Positions 13,231 through 26,317 of a stretch of 64,000 nucleotides of DNA are shown here, one piece after another. The stretch's first letter is position 1; each line of letters begins with the position of its first letter. The notes under the pieces are model-generated. The model was not told the DNA's origin. It saw only the letters and a list, made by a program, of their open reading frames with translations, and made no database searches. A program made the position numbers and the translations under genes. Origin of the DNA: Hydrolagus colliei. Taxonomy: Eukaryota. Location: assembly GCA_035084275.1 (NCBI GenBank), contig CM068748.1, forward strand, positions 16,492,001-16,556,000, given 5' to 3'.

Positions 13231-13360
13231 TAAACAAAAATAAAGAATCTGGCCTCCCTCAATGGATGAATGTGCAAAATCACTGTTCAGTGTGAAACTG
13301 GGAGGAAAAACACGGGCAGTGCCCAAAGTTTGTTCTCCAGACTGTATTCTAAGTTAGCTG

Positions 13361-13595
13361 ATAATTATAATAATCCTGGCATCCGATATAATAATAATAA
13401 TCCTTCCATTTGATACAGTGCTTTTCAAGTCTTCTAGACATCTCAAAGCGCTTCACAGAATATACACTAAAATGAATTGACTGTATATTTGTGGGAAAAA
13501 CGTGGTCGCCAATTGCACACAGCAGTGTCCCACAAACAGTCGTGGATTGAATGACTAGGTTATTACTTTTTTTCTTGAGGAAATATTATCAGTGG
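13361..13595 (-). mobile_element. tRNA-derived short SINE (SINE2-1_CM-like), 3' part with duplicated tail
   Basis: (ata)n-tccttccatttgat...tctagacatctcaaagcgcttcacagaat...gccaattgcacacagcagtgtcccacaaacag. Confidence 0.85.
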
Positions 13596-13984
13596 ACACA
13601 GATACAGAAGCCAAATTCCTCAATTACAATAGCAGAGAAATTGTCTAACTGAAATATGTAATGGTATTTATATAAAGGTACAATCACACGATTCAGTTCT
13701 TTAAACTGAAGAGAATGTACATGGTAAAAATCTGCAATCAAACCCCCCAAAAATTCCTACAGTAACTTCTTAAATTGATATTTAATACATTATAATCCCA
13801 GGTAGATAATATTACATCCAACTCCATTTAAATGACAAAATACTAGTTTCCTACGTTGCAGTTAGCGTTTGCATATTTTTGTGAGGGTGAAATACACAGC
13901 AAGTTAAATGCAAGTAGCCTGTTGTGTGTTTCAACTGAGGATCAACCAGTTTGAATTGTTCTTCATAAGTACTGTTTAAACCTC

Positions 13985-14075
13985 CGATATAGCTCCTTAT
14001 CAAGTCGTCGAGACGACTCAAAGCACTTCACAGAATACACTGCAAGGTGTAGTGACTGTATATTTTGTGGGTGAA
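13985..14075 (-). mobile_element. SINE 3' fragment
   Basis: ctcaaagcacttcacagaatacactgcaagg...gactgtatattttgtggg. Confidence 0.7.
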
Positions 14076-14637
14076 ATCAAGCTGATCTCAATCAAGTGGG
14101 TGTGGTAATACTATAATTGAATCCATAATCCCTCAACTACTGTACGTGTTTGTATATGTTTGTATGTATGTGAGAGAGAATGAGCATGTTGTGTGTGTGA
14201 GAGAGAGAGAGATACAGAAAAAGGCGATGACAGAATCAGTCTTCATTGTCAAAACCTCTGTCAGCACTCACCATTTAAGTTCACACATGAAGAAAGGAGA
14301 CTTGGGCAATGCATTAAAAAGTGGCCGATGCTGTGGAATATAAGTGGGTGATCTGCAATAACCAGTTTGCCCCACTTTCTTTTGGCACAGGTATGGAACT
14401 GGTCAGCTTACGTAAACACCTTCAGATGAGGAGCAGAAGGGGAAAAAAACACAGCACTTCTTGTGAAATTAATCAAAATATCTGTTTTAAAGCCATTCGG
14501 GTTCCTGGCGTGTTTCAGTGAGCCACAGATATCCCCAGTTCAGACATTCTGCTTCACCATATTGCAGTTTGACAAATCACGAGTTCAGAAACCTATGATC
14601 AAAACTGAATTTATATGTACTTTGGTTTAACGACCAC

Positions 14638-14680
14638 TCCCCCCTACACCCCCCCCCCCCCCACACACACACACACACAC
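14638..14680. repeat. Poly-C followed by (CA)n microsatellite
   Basis: Read directly from the sequence. Confidence 0.9.
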
Positions 14681-17600
14681 ATTATATTATCAACTTTTTA
14701 AGATTTTATTCAATAATGAAACACACAGGATAATCAGCCACTTCCCAAATTCATCCGAACTTTGGAACATTCACCAACACAAGTTTGTTAACAATTAGCC
14801 TCGGGTATTAATGCACAAAATAAAAGGGGGCAAACTGGTTATTGCAGGTCACCTATTTCTGATCCTCACTGACATTTGCATATTGCGGTGAAGACGGCTC
14901 TTTAATAAAAACAGTGCCATGTTGGGATTTTTAAAAAAAATAAAAAAAACACATACACACACACATACACAGGAAAGCAACCAATTCATTTCTACAGCAT
15001 GAGGGATGTGTGGCCTCGTGTGAGAAGAGAACATGCCTAAGTTATTACCGCAGGAAAGCAATCTGTCAAAGCTGGCCCTTCTTGGCATGGTGAATACCAC
15101 TGGTGAGATCAGAGAGTCAGACTCTGCTTGCAATTACTGCAAAGGACCTTGGATACAGGCAGTCTGCTATCAATTATTTTACTGGCCCCAGACTTCTGGA
15201 CCTGTCAAATTCGCAGTGTCTTCGGCGTGGTAACAATAAGAAAAAGGCCCTTACATAAAAACTTGTGGAAGGCAACTTATATGTTTATGCTGTCCCAAGT
15301 GTCATTTGCATGAACATTTCAATTGAATCTTGAACTTCATCTCGGACTCTCTCGGCTTTTTCTGTTCACACAAGCAAGTCTTTATTAAACGTTTGCGTAC
15401 AATACATTTCTTATTCTAACTTCTGAAAGCATTTTTCAGATGAAAATTAAAGTTTTAACTTGAACCCTAAGGCCTTCTTCTCCCGAACGTTTCAATAGAT
15501 TCAGTCATGCAGGGAGAAGATGTTTTAAAGTAACCAGTGGCTCTTGTTTAAAATGTACGAAAACACAGATTGTCAGAATCTTTTGTGCAGAGCTTACTAC
15601 ATAAACCCATTCTGCTCACTACAATTGTGACCCCATTCTTTAAAATTCACCGGGTCCTTTCAACAGAAAACCCTTTTCTCTTTTTTGGGGGGAAGGATTA
15701 TCATCCGATTTCCTCTTAAGTAAAGGAGATTTAACGACCAGCTGCAAAAACTGACAGATGAAGAAAAAAAAGTTTAGTCACCATATTTATTAGGATTGGG
15801 CTGGCTTCTGTCAGGATCATTTTTCTTCCACACACTAATTAATAACATTAACCACTACCCCCAGGCTCCAGGCCTGTCTCCTCTTCCATGTGTCAGAAAC
15901 AAGATTTGACAGTTCAAGGCAAAAACGATTTGCATGTAAATCTTGATCAAAAGCAAGCCAGTGCTCTGAAGTCATCAAGTCTTGCTACAAATCTGACACA
16001 TACACTTGAACCAGCTTTGGCAAAACTAGGTTTGGATGGGAGACTGAATAAACAGGCTGCGTTCACAACACAGCAGTCAGGACTAATGTTGGTGAAAGCA
16101 ACTAAAATTCCATGGGGTTTTTTTTCGATACTTTAGAAGGATTTATTATTATCAAGACAAGTAAAAAATAAAAAGATTTCAAAAGGAAATAAACCAAAGA
16201 GCACAACGTAATATTCGGGGTGATTTGTGCCTTAGTCAAACGCAGTACACGCCAAGTGTCTTTCGGCTTGCATTTTGTTGTTACTCGTCTCCACGTCCAT
16301 TCAACCGTGCATATTGCTGTTGATGAGTTTGTAACAATGAAATGTCTAGTGAAGTCGGATATGTACTTCTATCCTCAAAGAAAGAAATATTCAATACGAA
16401 AAAAAATAACTGAAAGTAATGTGACCACTTCCATCAACTGCATCACTTTCTTAAAAAATAGCGCAAATAAATGTTTCTGAGCTAGGTGAAGCAATCTATT
16501 TAATGTGATAAATTGCACAGTGCAGTACTATTATTAATTTTAATGTAGTAACAGCACTGTGTAAAAAAAAGTCACACAAGAGCATGCTCTAGAGCATTTT
16601 AATAGTTTCACTATTTGAGAGGGCACCATAAACATGTTATATCAGAGGTCATGATGTGTCAGTGTATAATACTGTGGGGGTGCTGGATTATAAATCTGGT
16701 ACTTCAGCTTTGTAGAACCTCTATCCCATCTGAAGGAATGAATGGCATGGTCTATTTGCGGATGATCACAGGACCCTGTCTCTACAGGTCGCCTGTTACC
16801 ATTAATCACTGAGCAGCTGGCTTCTCTGACACTGCTTCCATTCATTAACTAGGCCTTTAATGTGGCCATCATAATTACGTTAAATGATCACTGAACACTG
16901 TTATCCCCTTCATAGAAAGGCTCAATTCGAGATCTGTCAGTCTAGCAGCTTGACTTACTCCAGGAAGACTCAAAAGCCTTGCATTATTTTTCATTTACGC
17001 AATGCATTTGAAATCTGAACATCCATCCCCACTCCAACTTAAACCAACCTAAATCAGATTTACAACAACTGTCAAAGATGCGGATGACAGATAAATTAAT
17101 CTTCCCTTCATGAGTTTACATCCTAGGCATCTGGACTGCTGATCTGGCCCTAACAAGCATAGCGTATCTATAAGCTATAGTTTAAAGCTGATGTTTTCAC
17201 GGCTGGAGATGAATTACCCTGTCATGTGCATCTATTTATTCAGTGGGTGTGGCTCTGGCTTTTGGACATGATGAATTTGTTCGCTGAAGTCTCCATAAAG
17301 CTCTTTTTTTAACCTTGTATCAATCTCAAGTATGTAAATTTAGTATGACAAATTTTCATGGAAGTACAGAAACATTTCTTTGAGACTCTAACAAAAGCCC
17401 TCAAGCCCCAGATTGTTTGAACAAATAGAGTTTAAGCTTACGTATGAAATGATACAAGATCACAAGGCGCATTCAACATCGAATTATAACCACAAAATGC
17501 AAGGAGAAGATTTGCAAGATATATTTTAAATATTTAAGAAATAAACTGCATACTCTCCTTCCAACCCTCAAACCAAATTTCATAGAGGTTGAATATTTTA

Positions 17601-17759
17601 ATTCTACCATTCTGATTTCCGTTTAATCCTTGAAAACGTAAACAAGTAAAATTAATTTACCTGCTGCAGACATTTTTTAGACATATTGAATTGTAAGTAA
17701 TACTATACTACAGGCATTGCTCACACCACCTCACCAAGCCAGTCAAGAACTTCAGTAAT

Positions 17760-18150
17760 GCTCAAGTTTGACCCTCAAGTGTCCTCTCTCCTTCACATCC
17801 GTGTCATGACCCCCTCTGCCTTCTCCCACCTCCGCAGCATTGCCCAACTCCACCACTGCCTCTCCTCTTAGGCTGCCAAAACCCTCATATCTGCCTTCAT
17901 TACAACCAGGCTCGTCTATGCCAACATTCTGCTTGTTAGCATTCCCAACTCTTTCCTCCACAAGTTGCACATCATCCGGAACTCTACACCTCATGTCCTC
18001 TCCTTTATCAGGCTCCGTGACTCCATCACACCCACCCTCGCCCAGCTCCACTGACTCCCCATCCTTCAGATGATAGAGTTCAAAATTCTCGTCTTCAACT
18101 TCAAGGCCCTCCATGTCCTTGCCCCATTGTACCTCTCTGGCCTGCTAACC
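17760..18150 (+). mobile_element. L2 LINE ORF2 C-terminal fragment (degenerate)
   Basis: Conceptual translation across frameshifts gives HLRSIAQL...AKTLISAFITTRL.YAN.LL...ITPTLAQLH.LPI.Q.IEFKILV..KALH.LAP.YL, which is typical of L2. Confidence 0.8.
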
Positions 18151-18224
18151 GCTTGCCAATCTGTCCGCTGCTACTGCTCAGCAGGCTCCATGTTTTCCGC
18201 CCGGCCCGCCAAACGATCAGCAAA

Positions 18225-18457
18225 CTATAATATGAATTGACTTTATATATGTGGGCAAACCGCAGCAGCCAATTGCGCACAGCAGTGTCCCACAAATAGT
18301 TGTGGATTGAAATTACCAATTCATTATTGTATTGTTCAAGGGATTATTATCAGTCGTGTAGGGTAAGGAAACTTGCCCAAGGTGTCATTCTGCCTGGAAT
18401 TAAACCCATGTCTCTCGCTTGCAAGATGAATGCTCTAACACTGAGCTACAGAACTCC
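18225..18457 (-). mobile_element. tRNA-derived short SINE with head, tail truncated
   Basis: The reverse complement starts ggagttctgtagctcagtgttagagcattc...gggtttaattccaggcag...ccttgggcaagtttccttac. Confidence 0.85.
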
Positions 18458-18984
18458 ACTGTTGTGTATATTAGGTGAACAATTAAAGAACTTTTAATTT
18501 GTCGAGTAGAAACACCTCAAAGTGGCATTCACAGGTAATTACTGTCAAGTATAGTAACTGTTTGATGGATAACCCATCAGTATGAATGTAAAATGCATTG
18601 CAAAGCACCAATATGAGACAATCATTTGGCCTCACCTATTCTATCACCCTGTTCTACTGTGTGAAGAAATCAAGTTTCGCTATTAACTATTATTTCACAT
18701 TGGATTCCTTTGATTGGAGTTAACAGCAGTTAACGACTAATGCAGAACATTCAACTTCCCGACTGGGACACATGTTAATATTTAAATTTAATTGCACTTT
18801 CCCAAAGTATATGTGGTGCAGAATTGTGCAATAATAAGAATGTTTTGTGAAATTTTGCCATTGAACAGCAAGGGATAATATTTCAGCTTGCCAGCTTCAC
18901 CAGAACAGACATGTTCTCGCTCAGATTGAGTGCAATTGCGCTTCATCATCGTTGGCAAGGGAAATGTCTTAAAAAGGCTAACCC

Positions 18985-19540
18985 AGTCAGGGGAGCTCTG
19001 CTTGAGGTGCCATCCTTCTGATGAGGAGTTAAACCAAGGTCCCATTTCCCATTTCAGGTGGACGTTTCATGGCACCACTTGAAAGAAGAAGGGCCTTTCC
19101 CTGGCCAATCCCCCCAATAACAAAGTTTCATTCACTTCACACCTGTTTGCGGGATACAAATATAATTTTGTTGCTGCATTCGCCTACAAATAGAGTCACA
19201 ACCCTCTACTGAAGTAATTGCCAAACCGTTGCCTGAGGGCCACACTTGGCCAACGGCGCACGTCAAGAATTCTCTCGCTGGAAACACGCATCAGTCCAGG
19301 CAAGTCCGGGTCAAATCAATACCTTGTTTTCAATGGCTTCCGAGTCTTGATACCTACGCAAGGCCGGTAATAAATGAAGAAATATTCCATAAATAAAAAA
19401 TTATTTGGTTGGTTAACCATAATGTTTAGTGACCACTGTTCTATAGTAATTATCATGTATGTTACTTACCTATAGTAAGTGCTTGAGGTGTTTTAATGAC
19501 ACGCTAAGACACTATATTAAATGCAAGGATAATTATAATC
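18985..19540 (+). mobile_element. Deu-domain SINE interrupted by a putative DNA-transposon insert
   Basis: Core gaggtgccatccttctgatgaggagttaaaccaagg...tcaggtggacg...atggcacc. The tail resumes at ~19470 (aagtgcttgagg...aaatgcaaggataatt). Confidence 0.7.
19212..19438. mobile_element. Putative hAT-type MITE remnant
   Basis: CpG-rich insert inside a SINE. The right end reads cagtggtcactaaac on the - strand and the left end has a gagggccacac motif. The flanks ctctactg / ttctatag resemble a decayed 8-bp TSD. Confidence 0.4.
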
Positions 19541-19659
19541 ATTACAATTAACCACTATAACCTGAAAGTTGCAATCATATTTAAAAATCGAGAAAAAGTA
19601 AACTGGTCTGACTTGGGGGGAAACTGATATCAATGTGATATAGTTTCACTCAGAATATA

Positions 19660-19750
19660 TACAGTTAACTCACTTTACAGTACATTCTGTAAAGCGCTTT
19701 GAGATGCTTTGAAGACACAATAAGGTGCTATATCAAATGCAAGGATCATG
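19660..19750 (+). mobile_element. SINE 3' tail fragment
   Basis: cactttacagtacattctgtaaagcgctttgagatg...tatcaaatgcaaggat. Confidence 0.75.
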
Positions 19751-20432
19751 GCAGTACAATCTGCAAGTGTCTTCATATTGTGCCATAGATTCTATGCAAG
19801 CTCTAACTTCTATAGTTTTGATAATGAGCACAGTTCCACTTAGAGGTAGATCAAACAAGAACAGTTATCTAAAATCTATTAACTGAAAGCTTTTCATTAG
19901 TTTCTGGCCAGTTTATTGAACTTTGGAGATTCAATAACCAATAAAGGAGGTTGTTTATTTCAACATAATGGACCAAGGTAATATGTTATTAAAAAAAATC
20001 TCGTCTCTTCATTATACTCTGATTCGTCTCGCTGGTAGACATGCTGCCATTTGGGAAATAGGGATAGAAATAAACTACTTTAGCATGGCTGTGTGCAACA
20101 CTTGTCAACCACAGAGGTTTGTTGCTTGTAATTGAAACAGTTGTTCTGTGTATGCTTTAAAAATTATTAACCCATAAAATTTTTTAATACACATCAGTCA
20201 CATGTTTATTTCACAGAGATTTTAGTTTCATTTCTTTTGAACTATTCTTTGCTGTGCATGTGTTTAGCACATGTTAAAATGAAAAGACAAAAGAATTGCA
20301 AACTTTGCTTTTAAATAATCCATCTTAAATTCACTAAAAGCTTTTAGCAGCTCCCAATATGTTCAGCAACTTGAACGAGGTGAGACACTACATTATGTAG
20401 ACAAGATGTCTTCATTGTTTGAATATAATGAA

Positions 20433-20550
20433 AGTGGTATCTCACAGATTGTGAGTTAAAACACCTGGTCCGTTCACATCTGGGACTCGAGTTTGAATCC
20501 TGCATGACAGATGGGATGAAAATCCCATCTCATCTCTGCCTCACTTGAAA
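20433..20550 (+). mobile_element. Ancient tRNA-like SINE head (LF-SINE/MER131-like)
   Basis: gttcacatctgggactcgagtttgaatcc...gatgggatgaaa, with a B-box-like motif. The family assignment is from memory. Confidence 0.4.
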
Positions 20551-20970
20551 GAGGATGAAGCACATTGACCTTGGGTATAATGAATACAGTTCTGATTGAG
20601 TGCAAATCAACAACACAAATCTGCTCATACTCGAGCCTTTATGGATAAATGTGCGGATGCTAAGAACCAACATTAAATTTTCGATCAGCAATGAACTAGC
20701 AAATCTCAACCTGAGCAATGTTGGCATCTAAAGGTATTCCCTTTTCACCGTGAGGCGGAAGAGAAAGCAACTCAGCCCCAGTTCCCAATTTTGATCTAGT
20801 GACCTGAGCTAATGAATGGTTTCAATGCTGTGATTCTTGGAGTGGGATTAAAAATATTTTCTCATTTTATTGGAGGTGGAAATCTTAACTATGTTGGGCA
20901 GCACCAGCGGTTGAGGCAAGAAAAGTGAGTCAGGGCTCAGAAGATCACATCAGCATTACCTTTGATTCAC

Positions 20971-21498
20971 CAACAACAACAACAACAACAAATTACATTT
21001 ATAGAGCGCCTTTCACGTCGGGAGGACGTCCCAAGGCGCTGCACAGGAGGCGTGTGACCCGAGCTGAGAGGGGAGTGTTTGGGAAGGGGTGAAACACGAA
21101 GGGGGGGTAAAAGAGTTCAGAGTGGAACAAAAGGCACGATCGAAGAGGAAAGTCTTCAAACCGGCCTTGAAAGAGGAAAGGGAAGAAACGAAACGGAGGG
21201 ATTGAGGGATGGCATTCCATAGGGTGGGAGCAGAGAAACTGAAGGTCCGGCCTCCGATGGTGGGGCGGTTCGGGCGGGGGGCTTGGAGCAGGCCAAGTCC
21301 TGTTGAACGGAGGGTCCGGGTGGGCGTGTAGGGGGAGAGTAAATCGGTTAAATAGGGCGGGGCAAGGCCGTGTAAGGCCTTGAGGTGAGGACAAGGATCT
21401 TGAACTCGATCCTCTGGAGGATGGGGAGCCAGTGGAGACGGGCGAGGGTGAGGGTTATGTGGTCGCGGAGGCGGGTGCGGGATAGTACACGGGCTGCA
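20971..21498 (-). mobile_element. Young L2 LINE 3' end with (TTG)n tail
   Basis: The - strand translates SAARVLSRTRLRDHITLTLARLHWLPILQRIEFKILVLT (L2 ORF2 C-terminus). It is CpG-rich and has an intact 3' stem-loop and tail. Confidence 0.92.
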
Positions 21499-23644
21499 GA
21501 AGAAGAGCCATTTGGGGAAATAGCTGGAACAATCTGGCTGTTGAGTTTGCCTACAACATACACAGTCACCACAGTTTACAGTACAAGGTTTAAAGTGTTT
21601 TTAGATATCAAATGCAAGGATTGCTGATTTTTGCTGAAGATCCAAATCCTGCTCAGCTGGAAACATATTGAAATACCTTCACCAACATATGCGGGTAAAT
21701 AAAACCGAGGAAACAAATCTGCATGGCTAAAATACATAGGTTTGCACAGAGAGAATGGACCATATTCATTTAAGTCAGCCTGGTATTCGTTGACCTTGAT
21801 TGATGGTGCGCTACAGGCAATAGAGGTGCTAAGAGATGCTATGGTCTAGAAAAGGATTTTCATTACAAAGCTTCATGCTCAATTGCTTGCCTGTTACAGT
21901 ACTCTTCCAATCATAATCTACCTATCACATCAGTATTAACAATGTATTTAAAATCTTCCAATTCCTCCAGCAATGTGTTTTTAAGTATAATGTAGCTGGG
22001 TGAATTGTTTCACGCTTTTCTACTCTTATTGCAAAATTTTGTTCAAAATGACTCAGATGTTTTTGCTTCAATAATTATGTCTAATTTGAAACCTAATGCG
22101 TTTTATCCACAGCATACATTATACAGTACAAACCCAACCTAAGCTGATAGGCAAATATATAGTGTAGGACTGACCAACTAATTATGGCTAAATGCATTTT
22201 TTTTTAAAAAACTTAACATACATTACTTCTGATAAAATAGGAAAAGTTAATTATGAAACAATCCTCTTAACCTTACGAGAAATATCCCATTGTGCAAAAT
22301 CAAGACATTCCCCCCTGCTTCGCCAGGCCAAAGTGGGCTTAAGTTAATGCCATTAACATCAATACATAGAGCAATAAAAACAAAAGAATTCTCACACACC
22401 AAGATAAATCACTGCAAGAGAGGATTCGTAAACTAAAAGTGTCTCAGTGAAACCGTCCCCAGGGAAAGCAAACTTGTTTTCTTCTGTAAGACAGCAAAAG
22501 ATTAACGATCTCGCTCTCTCTGAACCCACACAACTTCAGTAACTGTTGAGGAGTTTTCTATATTTCAGAGAACGTACAATTATAACAAATGAACCTTTCG
22601 TCAAAAAAAAGTCATGTTGTGAGTTGTATCATATAATCTTCACCGGAGTGTGGTTCAGTTGAAGAGGGTAGGTTTTAAAAGTTACTAGATCTCCAGCACT
22701 TCTGACAACTTCATAAAAAATGTGTTTTAAATAATTTCACTTTCTTTGAAGGTCTGAAAATCTTACAAATGAGAGGGACAGATCTCATCACACAGGCTCT
22801 TGTTATAGTTTTTAAAAAGGACTAAATTACAATTAGTGCACTTTTCTTTACTTTCTGAATAGCATTGATGTAAATACTGAGCAATGGTTGAAATTAATGT
22901 GAGGAGCTACTGAATCCAACAGAATCCGAACGCACACATGTGATTAAACTGATGCGGTTATTGAACTGCCCCAGTTTAAATGGTCATCTCATAATCCGGC
23001 TCATTTATTCAGTTCTCTTTTAGGGCTCTTTTATCTCATTATTATCAATTATTATCAATTCTTCAAATGTGCTATTCTGAAAAAGATTACAGTCCTAATT
23101 ATTTTTGTACATGGTGTACATTTGTCTTCGAGCAAATGGAAGTGCACTACAAAATACCAAACTGCTACTTCTGCAGTACAGATATTAACTGCATATCAGC
23201 ACTACAATAATAAAATATTACCCTGGGGTTAGAGATATGACAAAAAAAAAGGCAGTGGACATTATTGAGCACATTCCACATCCCTTCTAAACCCATTGTA
23301 CCAGTTATAATCTGAAAACTGCACTTGCTGGTTATTTTATTACACCTGTGGGTGAAATTCCATTAAACAAAATTCACAGGAAACTTTCAAATACAAGCTG
23401 AGTAGAAAAGTATTAATAAATGGAACTGGTCTGAAACGAGGTCTGCTGTTCCATTCCGTTTCCCCATGTTTGCCCTTATTTTCACTGTTTTCACTTTCTC
23501 TCTCCGATTTTAAAGGACTGTAAAACTTAAATGTGCAAGTTTTTTCTTCTTCTTTTCATTCCCCTGCGCTTCTTGTGACACGGTCACAAAGGGTTACATC
23601 TTGAAAATAATATGCATAGAAGCATCCTTGCAATTGATTATCAT

Positions 23645-23770
23645 GTCTACGAGGACGTCCCAAAGCGCTTTACAGGATTTGCTGTAAAGTGGTGTGACTG
23701 TGGTATATAGTGTGGTCTTCGTAATTGTGTTTTAAAAAAAGATTCCCAAAGCTGTGTCTCTGGTGACTGA
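23645..23770 (-). mobile_element. SINE/L2-type 3' fragment
   Basis: gaggacgtcccaaagcgctttacagg...gtgactgtg. Confidence 0.55.
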
Positions 23771-25194
23771 AACATTACAATTCTCAAACCAAACACAGAG
23801 GGCTTCCCACTCCCTGCCAGCTCCTGATAAATTAATAGGGTAAAAGCTACAAATGGTTTCACTGCTCAATCAATGTCACCTACCGATCTGAAGAGCACTC
23901 AGTGCTCACCCAGTCCGAGTGACTGGGTTTTAAAAAATCTCGCACTGCTCACGTCTTATACATTTAACATAAATGACAGTTATTTGCTGCTCCACCACAC
24001 TCTGGAGTGGGGTTAAAAAGCTAGAAGAAAAAATTACCAGTCGTCTCCCTTGTACATTTTGAGCGCTCAGACATCTAAAGCCCAATTATAAGTAAGACTT
24101 TGGAGCATTAGTGGAAATTCAAGCCACAATCCTGCAGGCTTTTTTTTTGAAGCAACACATTTCTGATGGTATTACAGCACAGCCATTCTATGCTGTTAAA
24201 GAGTTCAACTTCTTTGTTATTTTCTCTTTTTTTGTTCTGACTCAAACTGAAGTCAAGTTTGAATGACTATACATTCCCCTCCACCGCACCCCCACCCCAC
24301 CACCATTTTCCAGTGCAGAAATCATGATAATTTCAAAATTATACTGTAGCTTTTTCACTTTGATGTGAATTGCTTGACCTGGTTAATCCAGGCACCGGTC
24401 TCCGATCACAGGGCTTGTCTGGGTAATGAATTTTCCATTTATCTTGATAAATCATTGCATAATCTCCTTGATTCAATTGAACAAAGAATTTAGGAAAGCC
24501 ATTCAAATGCCTTTGTTTTACTTATACAACTCCTTAAAACCATAATATTACAATAAGCTTGTGAGCAGGGATCATTTCCAGAACACAGTGCTGCATGGAG
24601 TGGGGTGAGAGAGGAAATGCTGTGACATTTCCCAAAATGTTTTAAAAATAAAAGTTTTTTTGCAGTTGCTTGAAGTTCTGGTTCAGTTACATTCTCCAAC
24701 AGTATCTTAAACCAAATTACATCAGGTTCCCTTGAGAAAGTGCTTCAATGTTGGGGACATTATTAATAATAATCTTTACATTTAATGTAGCACCTTCTGC
24801 ATCAAAGTGCTGCACACAATAAACTATAAAGAGTATTTCGGGAACAAAAGCAGTAGCCAATTTGCACATAGCAATGTGTTTTTCTTAAGAATGGAAATAG
24901 CGTGCAGAGTCATGGGAAACAGTTTCTGTTGAGTGCAACATGTCCCTTTTAATCAGTTTTTTGTATTTTTAAAATAATTATTTGCTTCCTTTAAGATAAG
25001 GCATTAATCTCAATTGGAAGCCCCCTGTTGTCTCACAGGGCATTTTGAGTATCTGTGTGATGTTTGGACAACCCAGGCTGTTGCCAATAGCAACATCATC
25101 TATATGTATTCGATTTAGCTACAGAACTCTGATGGCATCTTTTTGTTAGTCTCTCTGCAAGGTCATCATTACTAACAATCCCAGCACTGTACAA

Positions 25195-25385
25195 AGAACG
25201 TGCAGGAGGCAGAGAAGGGAAGGAATTGGCGGAGGGCAAGTAGTTAAAAGCATAGTCAAAGTGGTCAATCTCCAAGCGGGCTTTAGAAAGAAGATGAGGA
25301 ACTGGCGAAGTGGAGGGTTCAGGCAAGAGTTCCAGTGGTAGGGACAGAGTGGGTGGGGAAAGCTATGTTGTACGTAGAGTAGATT
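25195..25385 (-). mobile_element. L2 LINE 3' fragment
   Basis: gcatagtcaaagtggtc...gctttagaaagaag...gagttccagtggtagggacagag parallels the L2 at 21130-21260. Confidence 0.6.
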
Positions 25386-25569
25386 TCCCGTGGCTGTGAA
25401 AGAACTAGACTTGATAGTATTAATGAAACTTTTCTCCTTCAGTGCTTTTTGATATTTCTGGTGGGTTATATTTACTATTAATGTCATCAAGTCAAATTAG
25501 AATCAAGGCATTGCACCAGAAAGCTGAACAAGCAGATTTAATAGAGAACACAGGCACAGATACTTGGGA

Positions 25570-25675
25570 TACGTGATGAAAGATCACGATATTGGGATTA
25601 AAGGGGTTGCTCAAATTTAATAAGATGATGGAACAGGCTTGATGGGTCTCTTTCTGTTCCTCTTTTCCTGTATTT
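25570..25675 (+). mobile_element. CR1 LINE 3' terminus
   Basis: gatggaacaggcttgatggg...tttctgttcct resembles the CR1 3' UTR end. Confidence 0.45.
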
Positions 25676-25821
25676 CACTGGGTTTGTTGAATGCCCTCCT
25701 AATGATTCAGTCAAACATTAACAGTGCCTGCAGAACAAGCTACTACAGATTAAGCGTCCAGCTCTGAAATGCTCGCATCGCCAAATTAATATGGCATAAC
25801 ATAATGCTCTGCAATGTATAC

Positions 25822-26180
25822 CTATGTCTCTTCCACCACATCCAAGCCATGACTCTCTCTACCTTCCTTCACCTCCACAATATTGCCTGACTCCGCCACT
25901 ACCTCAGCCCCCAGCCTACTGAAACCCTCATTCATGCCTTTATCAAATCCCAGCTCAACTACACCAATGCCCTGCTTGTCAGCCTTCCCAATTCCTCCCT
26001 CCATCATCCAGAGCTCTGTGACCCATGTCCTCCAATGCTCCAAGCTTCTTGACACCATCTCCCCCATGCTCCCCCGACTCCATTGGCTCCCCATCACCCA
26101 AAGGATTTAATTCCAACACCTTGAGACGTCCTCCTGATGTGAAAGGTGCTATGCAAGTATAATTTTGTGGTTGTTGTTGA
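25822..26180 (+). mobile_element. L2 LINE fragment with internal deletion joined to the 3' tail
   Basis: FLHLHNIA.LRHYLS...ETLIHAF...DTISPMLPRLHWLPITQRI, followed directly by ttgagacgtcctcctgatgtgaaaggtgct...(ttg)n. Confidence 0.8.
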
Positions 26181-26317
26181 TGTACAGAGACCAATAAATC
26201 CGCATCTAATGCTGGAAGCATTGAATATGATTGAACAGACTGATGAGATATTGACGAGATGCAAAGGTTTGAAAAATTTCCAAACGTACAAACTGAAAAG
26301 TTTAAAGGTGTTGCTAT

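Noticed and set aside
17752-18114. 120-aa minus-strand ORF (likewise 257-658, 20999-21394 and 25822-26097)
   Set aside because: These are antisense or off-frame readings of L2 or SINE fragments.
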